DNA of 55,190 nucleotides, counting the filler, from a bacterium (GTDB lineage: Bacteria; UBA9089; CG2-30-40-21; SBAY01): the NCBI GenBank assembly GCA_040757115.1. It is 3 parts of 3 records of this genome, joined end to end, with 100 filler letters (N's around TTAATTAATTAA, not from the genome) between each part and the next. Parts side by side here need not be neighbours in the genome. Positions count along the whole stretch, not along the records: positions 1 to 18,378 come from JBFLYA010000066.1; 2 more parts are not named here. One strand, written 5' to 3'. Position numbers and translations under genes: made by a program. The notes under the pieces are model-generated. The model did no database searches. It was not told the DNA's origin and saw only the letters and a program-made list of their open reading frames with translations. Positions 1 to 8,669 of the stretch are shown piece after piece. Within the stretch, counting starts at the first letter, position 1, and each line of letters begins with the position of its first letter.

Positions 1-270
1 TGTGGAAAACAACAAATTTCCATAAATTTCTATTAGTTTCTATTAATTTCAATTTTTTTAATAATATCTCCCTATCTCCTTAATCTCCACATCTCCTTTT
101 GTTACACCACCTGAACGCTTACATAAATTCAAATAACCAAAATTCAAAACATTACCCCCATAGTTTGTATTTAGGACTTGAAATTTGGTGTTTATTTGAG
201 ATTTGGTGCTTGGGATTTGGGATTTTTTTACTTATCCACTCTGAGTAAAGTTTTGACTAATAACTGCTAT
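1..270. repeat. Intergenic pile of short-period repeats and MITE ends
   Basis: 10-11-nt repeats (atttccataa/atttctatta) like the interior of 17988-18255; an end CCTGAACGCTTAC at 110-122 of the GTAA-type family; TTTGG(G/T) heptamers at about 180-225. Confidence 0.6.
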
Positions 271-299
271 AATCGTGAACTGGAAACACTATAACTCTC

Positions 300-683
300 T
301 TAATAAGTCGTTTCACTACCCATAACAAAGGCATATTCTTCGACAATCTTCTCACCAAGGACATGTTGAGTTAGTATCTTGATTATTTTTTCTGCATCCA
401 GCTCCACATATTTAACTGGTGATTTTCCTATTAATTCAACCGTAGCCATTGGTTCACGACTGCACAGACCAGCACAACCTGAGGTAGTTACGATAATGTC
501 TTTTACATTTCTTTTTGCAACTTCGTCCATCAAAGAGGTCATTACTTTTCTTGCCCCGGCGGCAATACCACAGGTTCCCATGTGAACTGTTATTTTTGCC
601 CGATAACCACCTTCCCGTAATGTTGCGGTTGTTTGATAATCCTTTTTAATCTTTTTTAAATCCTCTACCCTTAATTTTGGCAT
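300..683 (-). CDS. Thioredoxin-like [2Fe-2S] ferredoxin, HndB/HydD-type hydrogenase subunit
   Basis: VHMGTCGIAAGA and SGCAGLCSREP motifs; follows a NuoE-like gene. Confidence 0.85.
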   Translation of the reverse strand: MPKLRVEDLKKIKKDYQTTATLREGGYRAKITVHMGTCGIAAGARKVMTSLMDEVAKRNVKDIIVTTSGCAGLCSREPMATVELIGKSPVKYVELDAEKIIKILTQHVLGEKIVEEYAFVMGSETTY

Positions 684-748
684 CTTATACCTCCTCGTAA
701 TAGGTCAATGCTCTCCAATAAAATTGAGTATTGATTTTATTCATTATT

Positions 749-1246
749 TTATTTATATTCATTCACAATCTCCATAATCTTAACCGAGTCAACTGCTCCG
801 TAGGTATCTTCATCTACTACTACCACTGGTGCTAAACCACAGGCTCCCAGACAGCGAACACTATCTAACGAATATCTTCCATCTCCGGTCATTTTCCCAA
901 CTCCTACATTTAATTCTTGTTTAACCTTATCTAAAATCTCATCACTTCTTTTTACATAACAGGCTGTTCCCAGGCAGACACGGATTAAATGTCTTCCTCT
1001 GGGCACCATTGTAAAGAATGAATAGAAAGTGACGACACCATAGACCATAGATGAGGAAAGATTTAATCTCTCCGCGATATGGTGTTGGACCTCTTCGGGT
1101 AAAAATCCGGCTACGCCCTGTACCTGTTCTAATACCGGGATAAGAGCACCTGGTTTATCCTTGTATTTAGCAATTATCCCATCAATCTTTGCCCACTGTT
1201 CCTGGGTTATTTCAACCTTTTTTGCACATTGACATTCTTTTTCCAT
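749..1246 (-). CDS. nuoE: NuoE-like [2Fe-2S] subunit (HndA/HydC type) of an NAD(P)-linked hydrogenase
   Basis: VYGVVTFYSFF, VCLGTACYVK, VRCLGACGLAPV motifs. Confidence 0.9.
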   Translation of the reverse strand: MEKECQCAKKVEITQEQWAKIDGIIAKYKDKPGALIPVLEQVQGVAGFLPEEVQHHIAERLNLSSSMVYGVVTFYSFFTMVPRGRHLIRVCLGTACYVKRSDEILDKVKQELNVGVGKMTGDGRYSLDSVRCLGACGLAPVVVVDEDTYGAVDSVKIMEIVNEYK

Positions 1247-1272
1247 AGTTAGATATCTCCTTTCGATTTTTG

Positions 1273-1696
1273 GTAACTATTCAGCCACAGATGGACACGG
1301 ATGAAACACGGAAAATCCGGTGGTGTCTGAAAATAACTCTAATAGTGAAATCTATGCAGATTTGGTGTCCAAAAGGGATTTCCTCCAAAGAGCAAAATGC
1401 AAAACTCGTTTATAGTTTAGGGTTTATAGTTTATAGTTTATAGTGTATAGTGTATAGTTTATAGTGTATAGTCCTTCAACTATAAACTATCAACTATAAA
1501 CTATCAACTATCTACTACATTTCAGCGTTAAAATACTTGAAGCAAAGATATTACTAAATTCCTCCAACTCTTTGAGAAACCCTGCTACTTCCTCTTTGAA
1601 ATTTGATTTGTAATTTTGCATTTTGATATTTATATTTGATATTTGATATTTAATATTTATTTGTTATCTCCCCCAAATCCTATTTTGCAGAACCCT
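1273..1696. repeat. Composite dispersed repeat: GTAACTATTCAGCCACAGAT end, inverted heptamer arrays and a four-helix-bundle mini-gene
   Basis: 1273-1312 matches 22826 and 19483; blocks in 1378-1694 match 52416-52624; TTTATAG/CTATAAA and TTTGATA heptamer tracts. Confidence 0.8.
1508..1621 (-). pseudogene. Internally deleted four-helix-bundle (TIGR02436/IVP-like) gene, 37-aa fusion of N- and C-termini
   Basis: Hand translation MQNYKSNFKEEVAGFLKELEEFSNIFASSILTLKCSR*; the end resembles four-helix-bundle C-termini; sister copy at 52478-52544. Confidence 0.6.
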
Positions 1697-1718
1697 ATAC
1701 ACTATTTTAACCTTTATG

Positions 1719-1915
1719 CTAGTGTGGTGTTGAGTAAGTTTTGCACGGGGTATCATCAGGTTTCGTAACCTGCAAACGGATAATTGGTAACTGGTAATTG
1801 GTAATTGGTTAAATAGCTTCGTCGTGAGCTCAGCCGAACGGTATTTAATTACCAATTACCAATCACCAGTTACCAGAATCAAATTCCGTGCGTTATTTGT
1901 TCACCACGACACTAG
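1719..1915. mobile_element. MITE with CTAG ends (IS630-like target)
   Basis: Imperfect TIRs CTAGTGTGGTGTTGAGTAAGTTTTGCACGG vs CTAGTGTCGTGGTGAACAAATAACGCACGG; interior holds inverted TAATTGG/CCAATTA heptamers. Confidence 0.75.
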
Positions 1916-1931
1916 AAGCAGGATGCTTATG

Positions 1932-2462
1932 TTACTTTAAATCTTCCATAAGGTCTTTCTGGATAAGTTTTAGCACCTCGACATTATTTATTGGGATTTC
2001 ATCCAAATCTGCCTTTATTTTGTCCGTATCCAGAGAATAAGTTAAGTTTTCTTTTTTATGTTGATAAAAAAAGTCTATTTCTGGATTTCCGGCTATGAGC
2101 GTCATTATTGTTTGTTTCATATCGCCGATGGGTTTGCGGTCGATATGACTATGTTTGAAACTCGCGGTAATTTTAGTTCCAATCCCTTTTTTTGATTTTA
2201 TTTCAAATTTGCCGTCACATTCATTCGCCGCCTGAGCAAGCAATGAAAGCCCTAAACCGACCTTTCGTGTTTTTTTAGTCGTAAAAAACGGGTCTGTGGC
2301 TTTTTTAACCGTTTCTTCATCCATTCCAAAACCATCATCGTTCATCTCGATTTTTAGCACATCTTTTTTTAAATTTTCGTCAATCTTTATTTTGACCCTT
2401 TTTGCCCCAGCTCGAATTGAGTTTTCAACTATGTCCAGAATATGTAATGATAAATCTTCCAC
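1932..2462 (-). CDS. Stand-alone HATPase_c ATP-binding protein of hydrogenase clusters
   Basis: LDIVENSIRAGA, DDGFGM, DPFFTTK, GLGL boxes. Confidence 0.85.
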   Translation of the reverse strand: MEDLSLHILDIVENSIRAGAKRVKIKIDENLKKDVLKIEMNDDGFGMDEETVKKATDPFFTTKKTRKVGLGLSLLAQAANECDGKFEIKSKKGIGTKITASFKHSHIDRKPIGDMKQTIMTLIAGNPEIDFFYQHKKENLTYSLDTDKIKADLDEIPINNVEVLKLIQKDLMEDLK

Positions 2463-2477
2463 TTTACTTTTGTGTCT

Positions 2478-3191
2478 CTAAATCTTTAATGTAGTTTTTA
2501 ATAAAGCCTTTTTTATTTCTTTTACCATTGGTTTTTTTAGTGAAAATTGAGTCCATGTTTTACCAATATCCGCTAAAAAATGGGCATCAGAGCCTGTAAT
2601 TACAGGAAATTCTTTTACTGTCAATTTATCCTTTGTTATGTTTGGCGATATTTCGACAGCATCTAATTCTAACCCTTCTGGAATAAAGCCCAATTGCCCA
2701 ATAATTCCAAATCCTTCACGGTCAATATGTGAGGCAATGGCAATGCCATTAAGCGAATGAATTGCCTCAACACATTTTTCAATCGTTAATTTAGTTGCTC
2801 CAATCAAAAGCCTCTGGTTATGCCTTACAATTTCGTCATCTTCATTAACCACTAATTGTAATCCAAAGGCATTCTCGTCATTTACACCTGGTAAGTTTTC
2901 ATAGACAAGTTCTTGTAATTTTAGTAGGTCATCATCATTATCAAAAAGGGCTAATAGATGTACTTCTTCTGATGTTGTAATCTCAATTCCCCCAATAACC
3001 GTTATCTCAAAGGTTTTGCCAATTTTTTTACTAATCAAGACATTTTCGGCTGAATTATGGTCGCAGATACCGATTATATCTAATTTTTTTGACTTTGCCG
3101 TATTTATTATTCGTTTTGGTGTCATATCCAGGTCCCCACAAGGAGAAAGGCAGGTATGGATATGCAAATCTGTATTAAATATTTTAAGCAT
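2478..3191 (-). CDS. PHP-domain phosphoesterase
   Basis: DLHIHTCLSPC, ICDHN, SHIDR, GSDAH. Confidence 0.88.
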   Translation of the reverse strand: MLKIFNTDLHIHTCLSPCGDLDMTPKRIINTAKSKKLDIIGICDHNSAENVLISKKIGKTFEITVIGGIEITTSEEVHLLALFDNDDDLLKLQELVYENLPGVNDENAFGLQLVVNEDDEIVRHNQRLLIGATKLTIEKCVEAIHSLNGIAIASHIDREGFGIIGQLGFIPEGLELDAVEISPNITKDKLTVKEFPVITGSDAHFLADIGKTWTQFSLKKPMVKEIKKALLKTTLKI

Positions 3192-3201
3192 TTTGGGATT
3201 G

Positions 3202-3540
3202 CTAACTGGTAATTGGTAACTGATATAATTTCCCTACTAACTCAAAAGTTGATAATTTACTGACTAAAATAGGAATTTTTTCATGGATTGCCTTTTGTAG
3301 TGTATCTTCGTCTGGCTGACGATTATTAACTAAGATAATCCCTCTAATCTCTTTCAAGGAAGCCACGGCCACGATATTTTGATGTATTTGTAAAGTTACC
3401 CAGATATTTCCTTCCCTGGCATTTGCCATCACATCCGATAACAGGTCAGAGACATAGCCGCCGGTAACTTCCTTGTCTAACATTTCCGGTGCAGATTTAA
3501 CCTCTAAATTTAATTTTTCAACTATTTCCTTTAACTTCAT
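3202..3540 (-). CDS. DRTGG-domain protein
   Basis: GGYVSDLLSDVMA motif; cluster context. Confidence 0.8.
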   Translation of the reverse strand: MKLKEIVEKLNLEVKSAPEMLDKEVTGGYVSDLLSDVMANAREGNIWVTLQIHQNIVAVASLKEIRGIILVNNRQPDEDTLQKAIHEKIPILVSKLSTFELVGKLYQLPITS

Positions 3541-3615
3541 TTTTCACCGTTTATAGAGGTTAGAGGTCAGATTTTAAAGATATTACCTTAATATCTGTTC
3601 TCTGACCTCTGTTTT

Positions 3616-4530
3616 CTACTCTAAATTTATAATAATTTCAATTTGAGTTCCTTGACCTACTTTTGAATTGATGGAGAATTTATCAGCACACTTTTTAATA
3701 TTGACCAGTCCCATACCTGCACCAAAACCCATTTCTCGAATCCAATCTGGTGCGGTAGAGAAGCCGGGTTGCATTGCTTGTTCAACATCAGGTATGCCAG
3801 GTCCAGAGTCTATCACGGAAAGCTTAATCTGCCTGGGTTGAATATTAGCGATAATCTTGCCTTGAGATGTAAAAATAACAATATTCATCTCCGCTTCATA
3901 ACTGGCAATAGCTAACCGACGAATTACCTGCGGACGGATACCTAATCGTGTCAGTGTTTTTTTGAGACGGCTTGATGACTCTCCCGCTCGCTTAAAATCA
4001 TTTCCAACAATATTATATTGTAAAATTATCCTTGATTCATCGGCAATAATATCCTCAAAGAAATGACTTGCTCGAAGTCGCTTAATCTCCTCCTCATAAT
4101 ATTCATGTTCTAATCTTTGCAATAGCCCATGAATAATATCTCCTTTGGTTATAATCCCAACTAATTTACCATTTTCTCTTGCAACTACCGGAAATCTTCC
4201 ATAATTTAATTTCTCGAATTTATTAATGGCGTGGATAAGTGGTTCATCCTCGTATAAAGTTTGTATAGATTGAGTCATTTTTTGTGAAACAGGGATTTCC
4301 ATTTCTCCATCTAATAAACATTTAATAAAATCTTCAAGACTAATAATCCCAACTAATTTACCTTTATCTACAACCGGTGTTCCTGAGATACGGTTATCTC
4401 TCAAAATTTCACGCAAGTCAGCGATTAAATTATTCGGACTAACAGTAATAACCTCTTTTTTCATTACCTCGCCAACTTTTAATTCATAAGCCAGTTCTTG
4501 AATTACACTAATTTTTTCTTTTGCATCCAT
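3616..4530 (-). CDS. CBS pair fused to RsbT-like Ser/Thr kinase (anti-sigma-type ATPase)
   Basis: Two CBS domains then YEAEMN, DSGPGIPDVEQAMQPGFSTA, GFGAGMGL. Confidence 0.85.
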   Translation of the reverse strand: MDAKEKISVIQELAYELKVGEVMKKEVITVSPNNLIADLREILRDNRISGTPVVDKGKLVGIISLEDFIKCLLDGEMEIPVSQKMTQSIQTLYEDEPLIHAINKFEKLNYGRFPVVARENGKLVGIITKGDIIHGLLQRLEHEYYEEEIKRLRASHFFEDIIADESRIILQYNIVGNDFKRAGESSSRLKKTLTRLGIRPQVIRRLAIASYEAEMNIVIFTSQGKIIANIQPRQIKLSVIDSGPGIPDVEQAMQPGFSTAPDWIREMGFGAGMGLVNIKKCADKFSINSKVGQGTQIEIIINLE

Positions 4531-4887
4531 TTATTCTTCTATCTCTGAGCACCCGGGTAATCCTTTTTGATATAATCGACCACAGGACTCATACATCGGT
4601 AAATTAGTGACTAATAATGGGATATTTTTTTCTTTTGCCATGTCAATTGTTTCTGGGGGTGGTTTTTTACCACGCACAAAACAAATTGCCTTTATATCAG
4701 ATATCTCTGCGGTCCGAATTACCTGGGAATTAGTGAGACCTGTGAGAAGTAATGCCCTGGCTTTAGTAAAGGATAAGACATCACTCATTAAATCCGCGCC
4801 ACAAGCCATCTTTACTTCTATTTCTAAACCAGAGGTATCTGTAAGAATTTCAGCCTCTAAAATTTCTTTTAGTTCTCTAAGTTTCAT
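4531..4887 (-). CDS. DRTGG-domain protein
   Basis: ACGADLMSDVL, LLTGLTN, FVRGK. Confidence 0.82.
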   Translation of the reverse strand: MKLRELKEILEAEILTDTSGLEIEVKMACGADLMSDVLSFTKARALLLTGLTNSQVIRTAEISDIKAICFVRGKKPPPETIDMAKEKNIPLLVTNLPMYESCGRLYQKGLPGCSEIEE

Positions 4888-5360
4888 TTATTTTCCCTTT
4901 TTTGCATTTCTTGCCATTTTTCAAGATACTTAATATCTATCGTATCTTTATATCTATCTGTTTTCTTTAATTTAATCAAATCCTCAACACAAGGCACATT
5001 TACCTGAAATCCTGTTTCATCTGTAATTACTTCCTTACGGTTATACATTTCTTCAAATGAAATAGTTTCTCCTTCTTGAATAATCTTTTTTTTAGCCCGA
5101 AACACATCAATAGATACATCATTTTCTAATTTAAACATAAAATATGATTCCATCTCGTCTAATTTTTTAGATGGAAACAGGTCAAACTTCTCTGCTATTT
5201 CAAGGAAATTTTTGGTATTTTCTCTACTTCCATCAATATAAAGGTCGTAATCCATTGTTTGGACAGGTATACCATAGGCAATCATTGCCTGTCGTCCTAT
5301 CAGAAGATACTTAATATGAGCATTATGAATTGCGGCAATAAACTCAACCGGGTCTGTCAT
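4884..5360 (-). CDS. Nucleotidyltransferase-fold protein (DUF6036-like)
   Basis: LLIGRQAM..YG...TMDYDL, DLIKLK..DRYKD..D pattern. Confidence 0.75.
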   Translation of the reverse strand: MTDPVEFIAAIHNAHIKYLLIGRQAMIAYGIPVQTMDYDLYIDGSRENTKNFLEIAEKFDLFPSKKLDEMESYFMFKLENDVSIDVFRAKKKIIQEGETISFEEMYNRKEVITDETGFQVNVPCVEDLIKLKKTDRYKDTIDIKYLEKWQEMQKRENK

Positions 5361-5526
5361 TTTCCACCTTTTTTAATTTGCTAAATTTAATCGCGGCAAG
5401 GGTATGTCTATATCCAATTTGTAATCTCTTTTTAACGCCAAACTTAGAAAGCCAGGTAATTAGATTTTCCATTTCTTTTTCTTCATCCTCCTGTGTTGGT
5501 AGAGGTATCGTATCTTTATCAATCAT
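5344..5526 (-). CDS. Small partner protein of the nucleotidyltransferase (antitoxin-like)
   Basis: Likely start ATG 5526 (MIDKD) just downstream of a sigma70-like promoter; overlaps the NTase start. Confidence 0.55.
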   Translation of the reverse strand: MIDKDTIPLPTQEDEEKEMENLITWLSKFGVKKRLQIGYRHTLAAIKFSKLKKVENDRPG

Positions 5527-5535
5527 CTTAAAAAT

Positions 5536-5612
5536 TATATTATCACAATATCCTGAAAAAGTCAATTTTTATTTTAAAAAATTCTTGACAACAACTTATT
5601 ATTTATGATAAT
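5536..5612. promoter_or_regulatory. Divergent sigma70-like promoters (NTase/hydrogenase operon on -, argG on +)
   Basis: - strand TTGACT-N17-TAATAT; + strand TTGACA-N16-GATAAT. Confidence 0.6.
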
Positions 5613-5652
5613 CTTAATAGTGCTTTATGAAATAAAAAGGGGATGAAGAAAG

Positions 5653-6825
5653 ATGAAAAAAATTGTTTTGGCATATTCTGGTGGGTTAGATACCTCCGTG
5701 ATGATTAAATGGTTAAAAGACAATTATGATGTTTTGGTGATTGCCGTAGCCATAGATTTAGGTCAGGGAGAAGATTTTGATAAATTGCACTCAAAGGCAA
5801 TATCAAGCGGGGCGGATAAGATTTATATTGAGGATGTCAAGGATGAATTTATTAATCAATATATCTTTCCTGCATTAAAGGCAAATGCGATTTATGAAGG
5901 TAAGTATTTATTAGCAACTTCACTTTCTCGACCTTTGATTGCCAGGAAATTAGTTGAGGTTGCCAAAAAGGAGAATGCAGATACTGCCGCACATGGTTGC
6001 ACGGGTAAAGGCAATGACCAGGTTCGGTTTGAGGTGACAATTTCAGCTCTGGCTCCAGAACTAAAAATTTTAGCCCCTGCCAGAATATGGGAATTTAAAA
6101 GTCGTGAGCAAGAGATTGAATATGCGATAAAACACAATATCCCGGTGCAAGTAACCAGGGAGAGCCCGTATAGCATTGATAAAAACCTGTGGGGAGTAAG
6201 TATTGAGTGTGGTCCATTAGAAGACCCCTGGGTAGAACCACCAGAAGATGCTTATCAAATAACTACCGCTCAATCACCAACAGAACCAACTTATTTAGAA
6301 ATAGCGTTTGAAAAAGGAATTCCGGTAAAACTAAATAATGAGGAGTATGCCTCAGTAAAGTTAATCCAGAGATTAAACGAAATAGGTGGGAAATATGCCA
6401 TTGGACGGGTTGATGTAGTTGAGAATAGACTTGTTGGAGTGAAGTCACGAGAGGTTTATGAGGCACCAGCCGCGACTATTTTATTTGAGGCACATAAGGC
6501 ATTAGAATCATTAGTGTTAGATAGAGAAACAATTCATTTTAAAGAAATAATCAGCTTGAAATACGCTGAATTGATATATTATGGATTATGGTATTCGCCA
6601 TTAAAATCTGCATTAGACGGATTTGTCGAAAAGACACAAACTAATGTTACGGGTAAAATCAGAGTAAAACTTTTACCTGGCAAGGCAATCGTGGTTGGTC
6701 GAGCATCCGCATATTCACAATACCGCTATGAATTAGCCACATACAGCCAGGATGATACCTTTGACCATCAAGCCGCTGAAGGATTTATCAAAATCTTTGG
6801 TTTACCGTATAAAGGAATAGGTTAA
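5653..6825 (+). CDS. argG: Argininosuccinate synthase
   Basis: LAYSGGLDTS, HGCTGKGNDQVRFE, SIDKNLWG, KSREVYEAP. Confidence 0.97.
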   Translation: MKKIVLAYSGGLDTSVMIKWLKDNYDVLVIAVAIDLGQGEDFDKLHSKAISSGADKIYIEDVKDEFINQYIFPALKANAIYEGKYLLATSLSRPLIARKLVEVAKKENADTAAHGCTGKGNDQVRFEVTISALAPELKILAPARIWEFKSREQEIEYAIKHNIPVQVTRESPYSIDKNLWGVSIECGPLEDPWVEPPEDAYQITTAQSPTEPTYLEIAFEKGIPVKLNNEEYASVKLIQRLNEIGGKYAIGRVDVVENRLVGVKSREVYEAPAATILFEAHKALESLVLDRETIHFKEIISLKYAELIYYGLWYSPLKSALDGFVEKTQTNVTGKIRVKLLPGKAIVVGRASAYSQYRYELATYSQDDTFDHQAAEGFIKIFGLPYKGIG

Positions 6826-6827
6826 AC

Positions 6828-7100
6828 ATGGAAGAAAAAATAAAATTTGAAGAGGCATTAGTAGAACTGGAAGGGATTGTCCGAAAATTAGAGCAAGGTG
6901 GCTTACCATTAGAGGAATCATTAGCCGCTTTTGAAAAAGGAATGAAACTGTCAAAGACCTGTTTTAAAAAGTTGAATGAGGCACAACGCAAAATCGAAAT
7001 TTTATCTAAAGATAAAGAAATAGGTAAAATTACTTCTAAACCATTTTTATTAGAAGAAATTGAGTCTGATGATAAGAAGGGAGATGAATTTATGAATTAA
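6828..7100 (+). CDS. xseB: Exodeoxyribonuclease VII small subunit
   Basis: FEEALVELEGIVRKLEQGGLPLEESLAAFEKG. Confidence 0.92.
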   Translation: MEEKIKFEEALVELEGIVRKLEQGGLPLEESLAAFEKGMKLSKTCFKKLNEAQRKIEILSKDKEIGKITSKPFLLEEIESDDKKGDEFMN

Positions 7101-7178
7101 ATCCTAAATCACAGGGTCAAGCAAGCATTGACACTTTGAATCCGCCCCATGGGCTGACATTACCCTAAAAATTTACAA

Positions 7179-8030
7179 CCTGTGAAATAGGTCTATCCTT
7201 TTTATTTATGCAGCCTTTTTTAGCTCAAAGAGTATCTGCCTCTTCTTAATCCAATTATCCTGTTCATTGTTTTGGTGCAAGGTAATAACTGAAGCCAAAG
7301 CACTTGACCCTTTTTTACTCCATCTCATACCATTATGTTTTTGCCGATCCGCTACAGCAAGATCATTTGCTTTCTCTCCTCTATTGCTGGATATTCCCAA
7401 CCCAAGTTTTTTCCTGAGCCCATAACAGGGAATATAGCTTCGATTCCTCTCAAAATAACTATACTGGACACTGCCATTAACTGAGATATTTAGGGACGGA
7501 TTATTTTCGTCGTTTTTCCCTGTGATTTCTTTTGGAAATTAGAAATTGGAAATTAGGTCTTCACTTCTTTCCCCAATTTCTAATTTCATATTCATTTTTT
7601 AACCGCAATCTTTCACACTAAAATGAACCGTCTCTAAAATCGCAATTTGTAACGGTGTTGAGTATAATTAAGCAATCAATGGCTACCTGTGATTTAATAT
7701 CCTTTTCTTCAACCACTCTCAAAACGTTAACCGCATGGTCAATCTTTCCTACCCATAAATAACCCCTTACCTTCCTAAGTATCTCATTCCGAATTCCCTT
7801 GTTTTTTAAACCAAGACTTAACTGCATTTCACACTTCTTAACTAAATAATACCAATCAAGAATAATTCTATATGGTATCCAACCAAACATTGATTTTATT
7901 GCTGAATGTAAATCCTTTGCTCCATCCACAAAAAATAATAAACTCCCTTTCCTTAGCAAATCATTATGCAAGAGAAAGTCGATTAATCTCCTTATCGTCT
8001 CAACTATCCCTAATCCGTTAAGTATATACC
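7179..8030 (-). mobile_element. Truncated ISKra4/ISLre2-like (Mutator-like DDE) IS, 3' part, transposase interrupted by a MITE
   Basis: FFVDGA, ILDWYY(H), SSNRGEKANDLAVADRQKHNGMRWS; terminus CCTGTGAAATAGGT (7179-7192) identical to 36161-36174; frame is open up to the IS481 end at 8031. Confidence 0.8.
7462..7664. mobile_element. 203-bp MITE with TA duplication
   Basis: About 40-bp imperfect TIRs; TA at 7460-61 and 7665-66; excision restores ...AIDCLISYFERN... in frame. Confidence 0.85.
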
Positions 8031-8457
8031 TGTTGACTAACGATACGTTAAGGTGTATAATCTTAGCGTATGGAAATAAAGTTACACAAAAAAGCTACTA
8101 CAACTTTAGCAATAAGACAAATTATTAAAGAAAGCCTTCTTTCTGCTTATGCTTTGGCTAAAAAGTATGGCATTAGTCAAACTACGGCTCAAAGATGGAA
8201 AAAGGCTGAAAGCCTTGAAGATAAATCCTCTCGTCCACATAGACTTCGTACCGATTTAACAAAGGAACAAGAAGATTTAATTTGTTTTGAAAGAAAGCAA
8301 TTTAAGAAGACAATTGAAGACATCTTTTTTACTTTAGAACCCGGATTCCGGACAAATTTCTCCAAAAATATAACGTAACATATTGAGGGACATGAAGAAA
8401 TGTTGCCTTTTGCTTATACATAGTGTAGCCCATAAATTTTTTGTAAAAAAAATTTAA

Positions 8458-8594
8458 CAGCAATTCTCGGTGAATTTTTAGAGACTGAATTCACCTATGT
8501 TTAGGAGAGATAGAGAAAAGTATTTTTCGTAAAGATTTTGAGAGGAAAATAAGGAATAATGAGTCTCTATCTAATTTTTCACCGAGAATTTCTG
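8458..8594 (+). mobile_element. 137-bp MITE (CAG...CTG ends) with 8-bp TSD
   Basis: TIR CAG(C/A)AATTCTCGGTGAA; TSD AAATTTAA at 8450-57 and 8595-8602; near-identical inverted copy at 29567-29703. Confidence 0.9.
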
Positions 8595-8669
8595 AAATTT
8601 AAAAAAATTACTTGACAAAAGAGAATTAATGATATATAATGTAGTCCATAACAAACGGGAGGGCTACAT

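Noticed and set aside
1664-1855. ORFs within repeats (also 23821-24093, 34188-34379, 42750-43073, 52212-52448)
   Set aside because: Translations of heptamer/nonamer repeats with no SD or protein features
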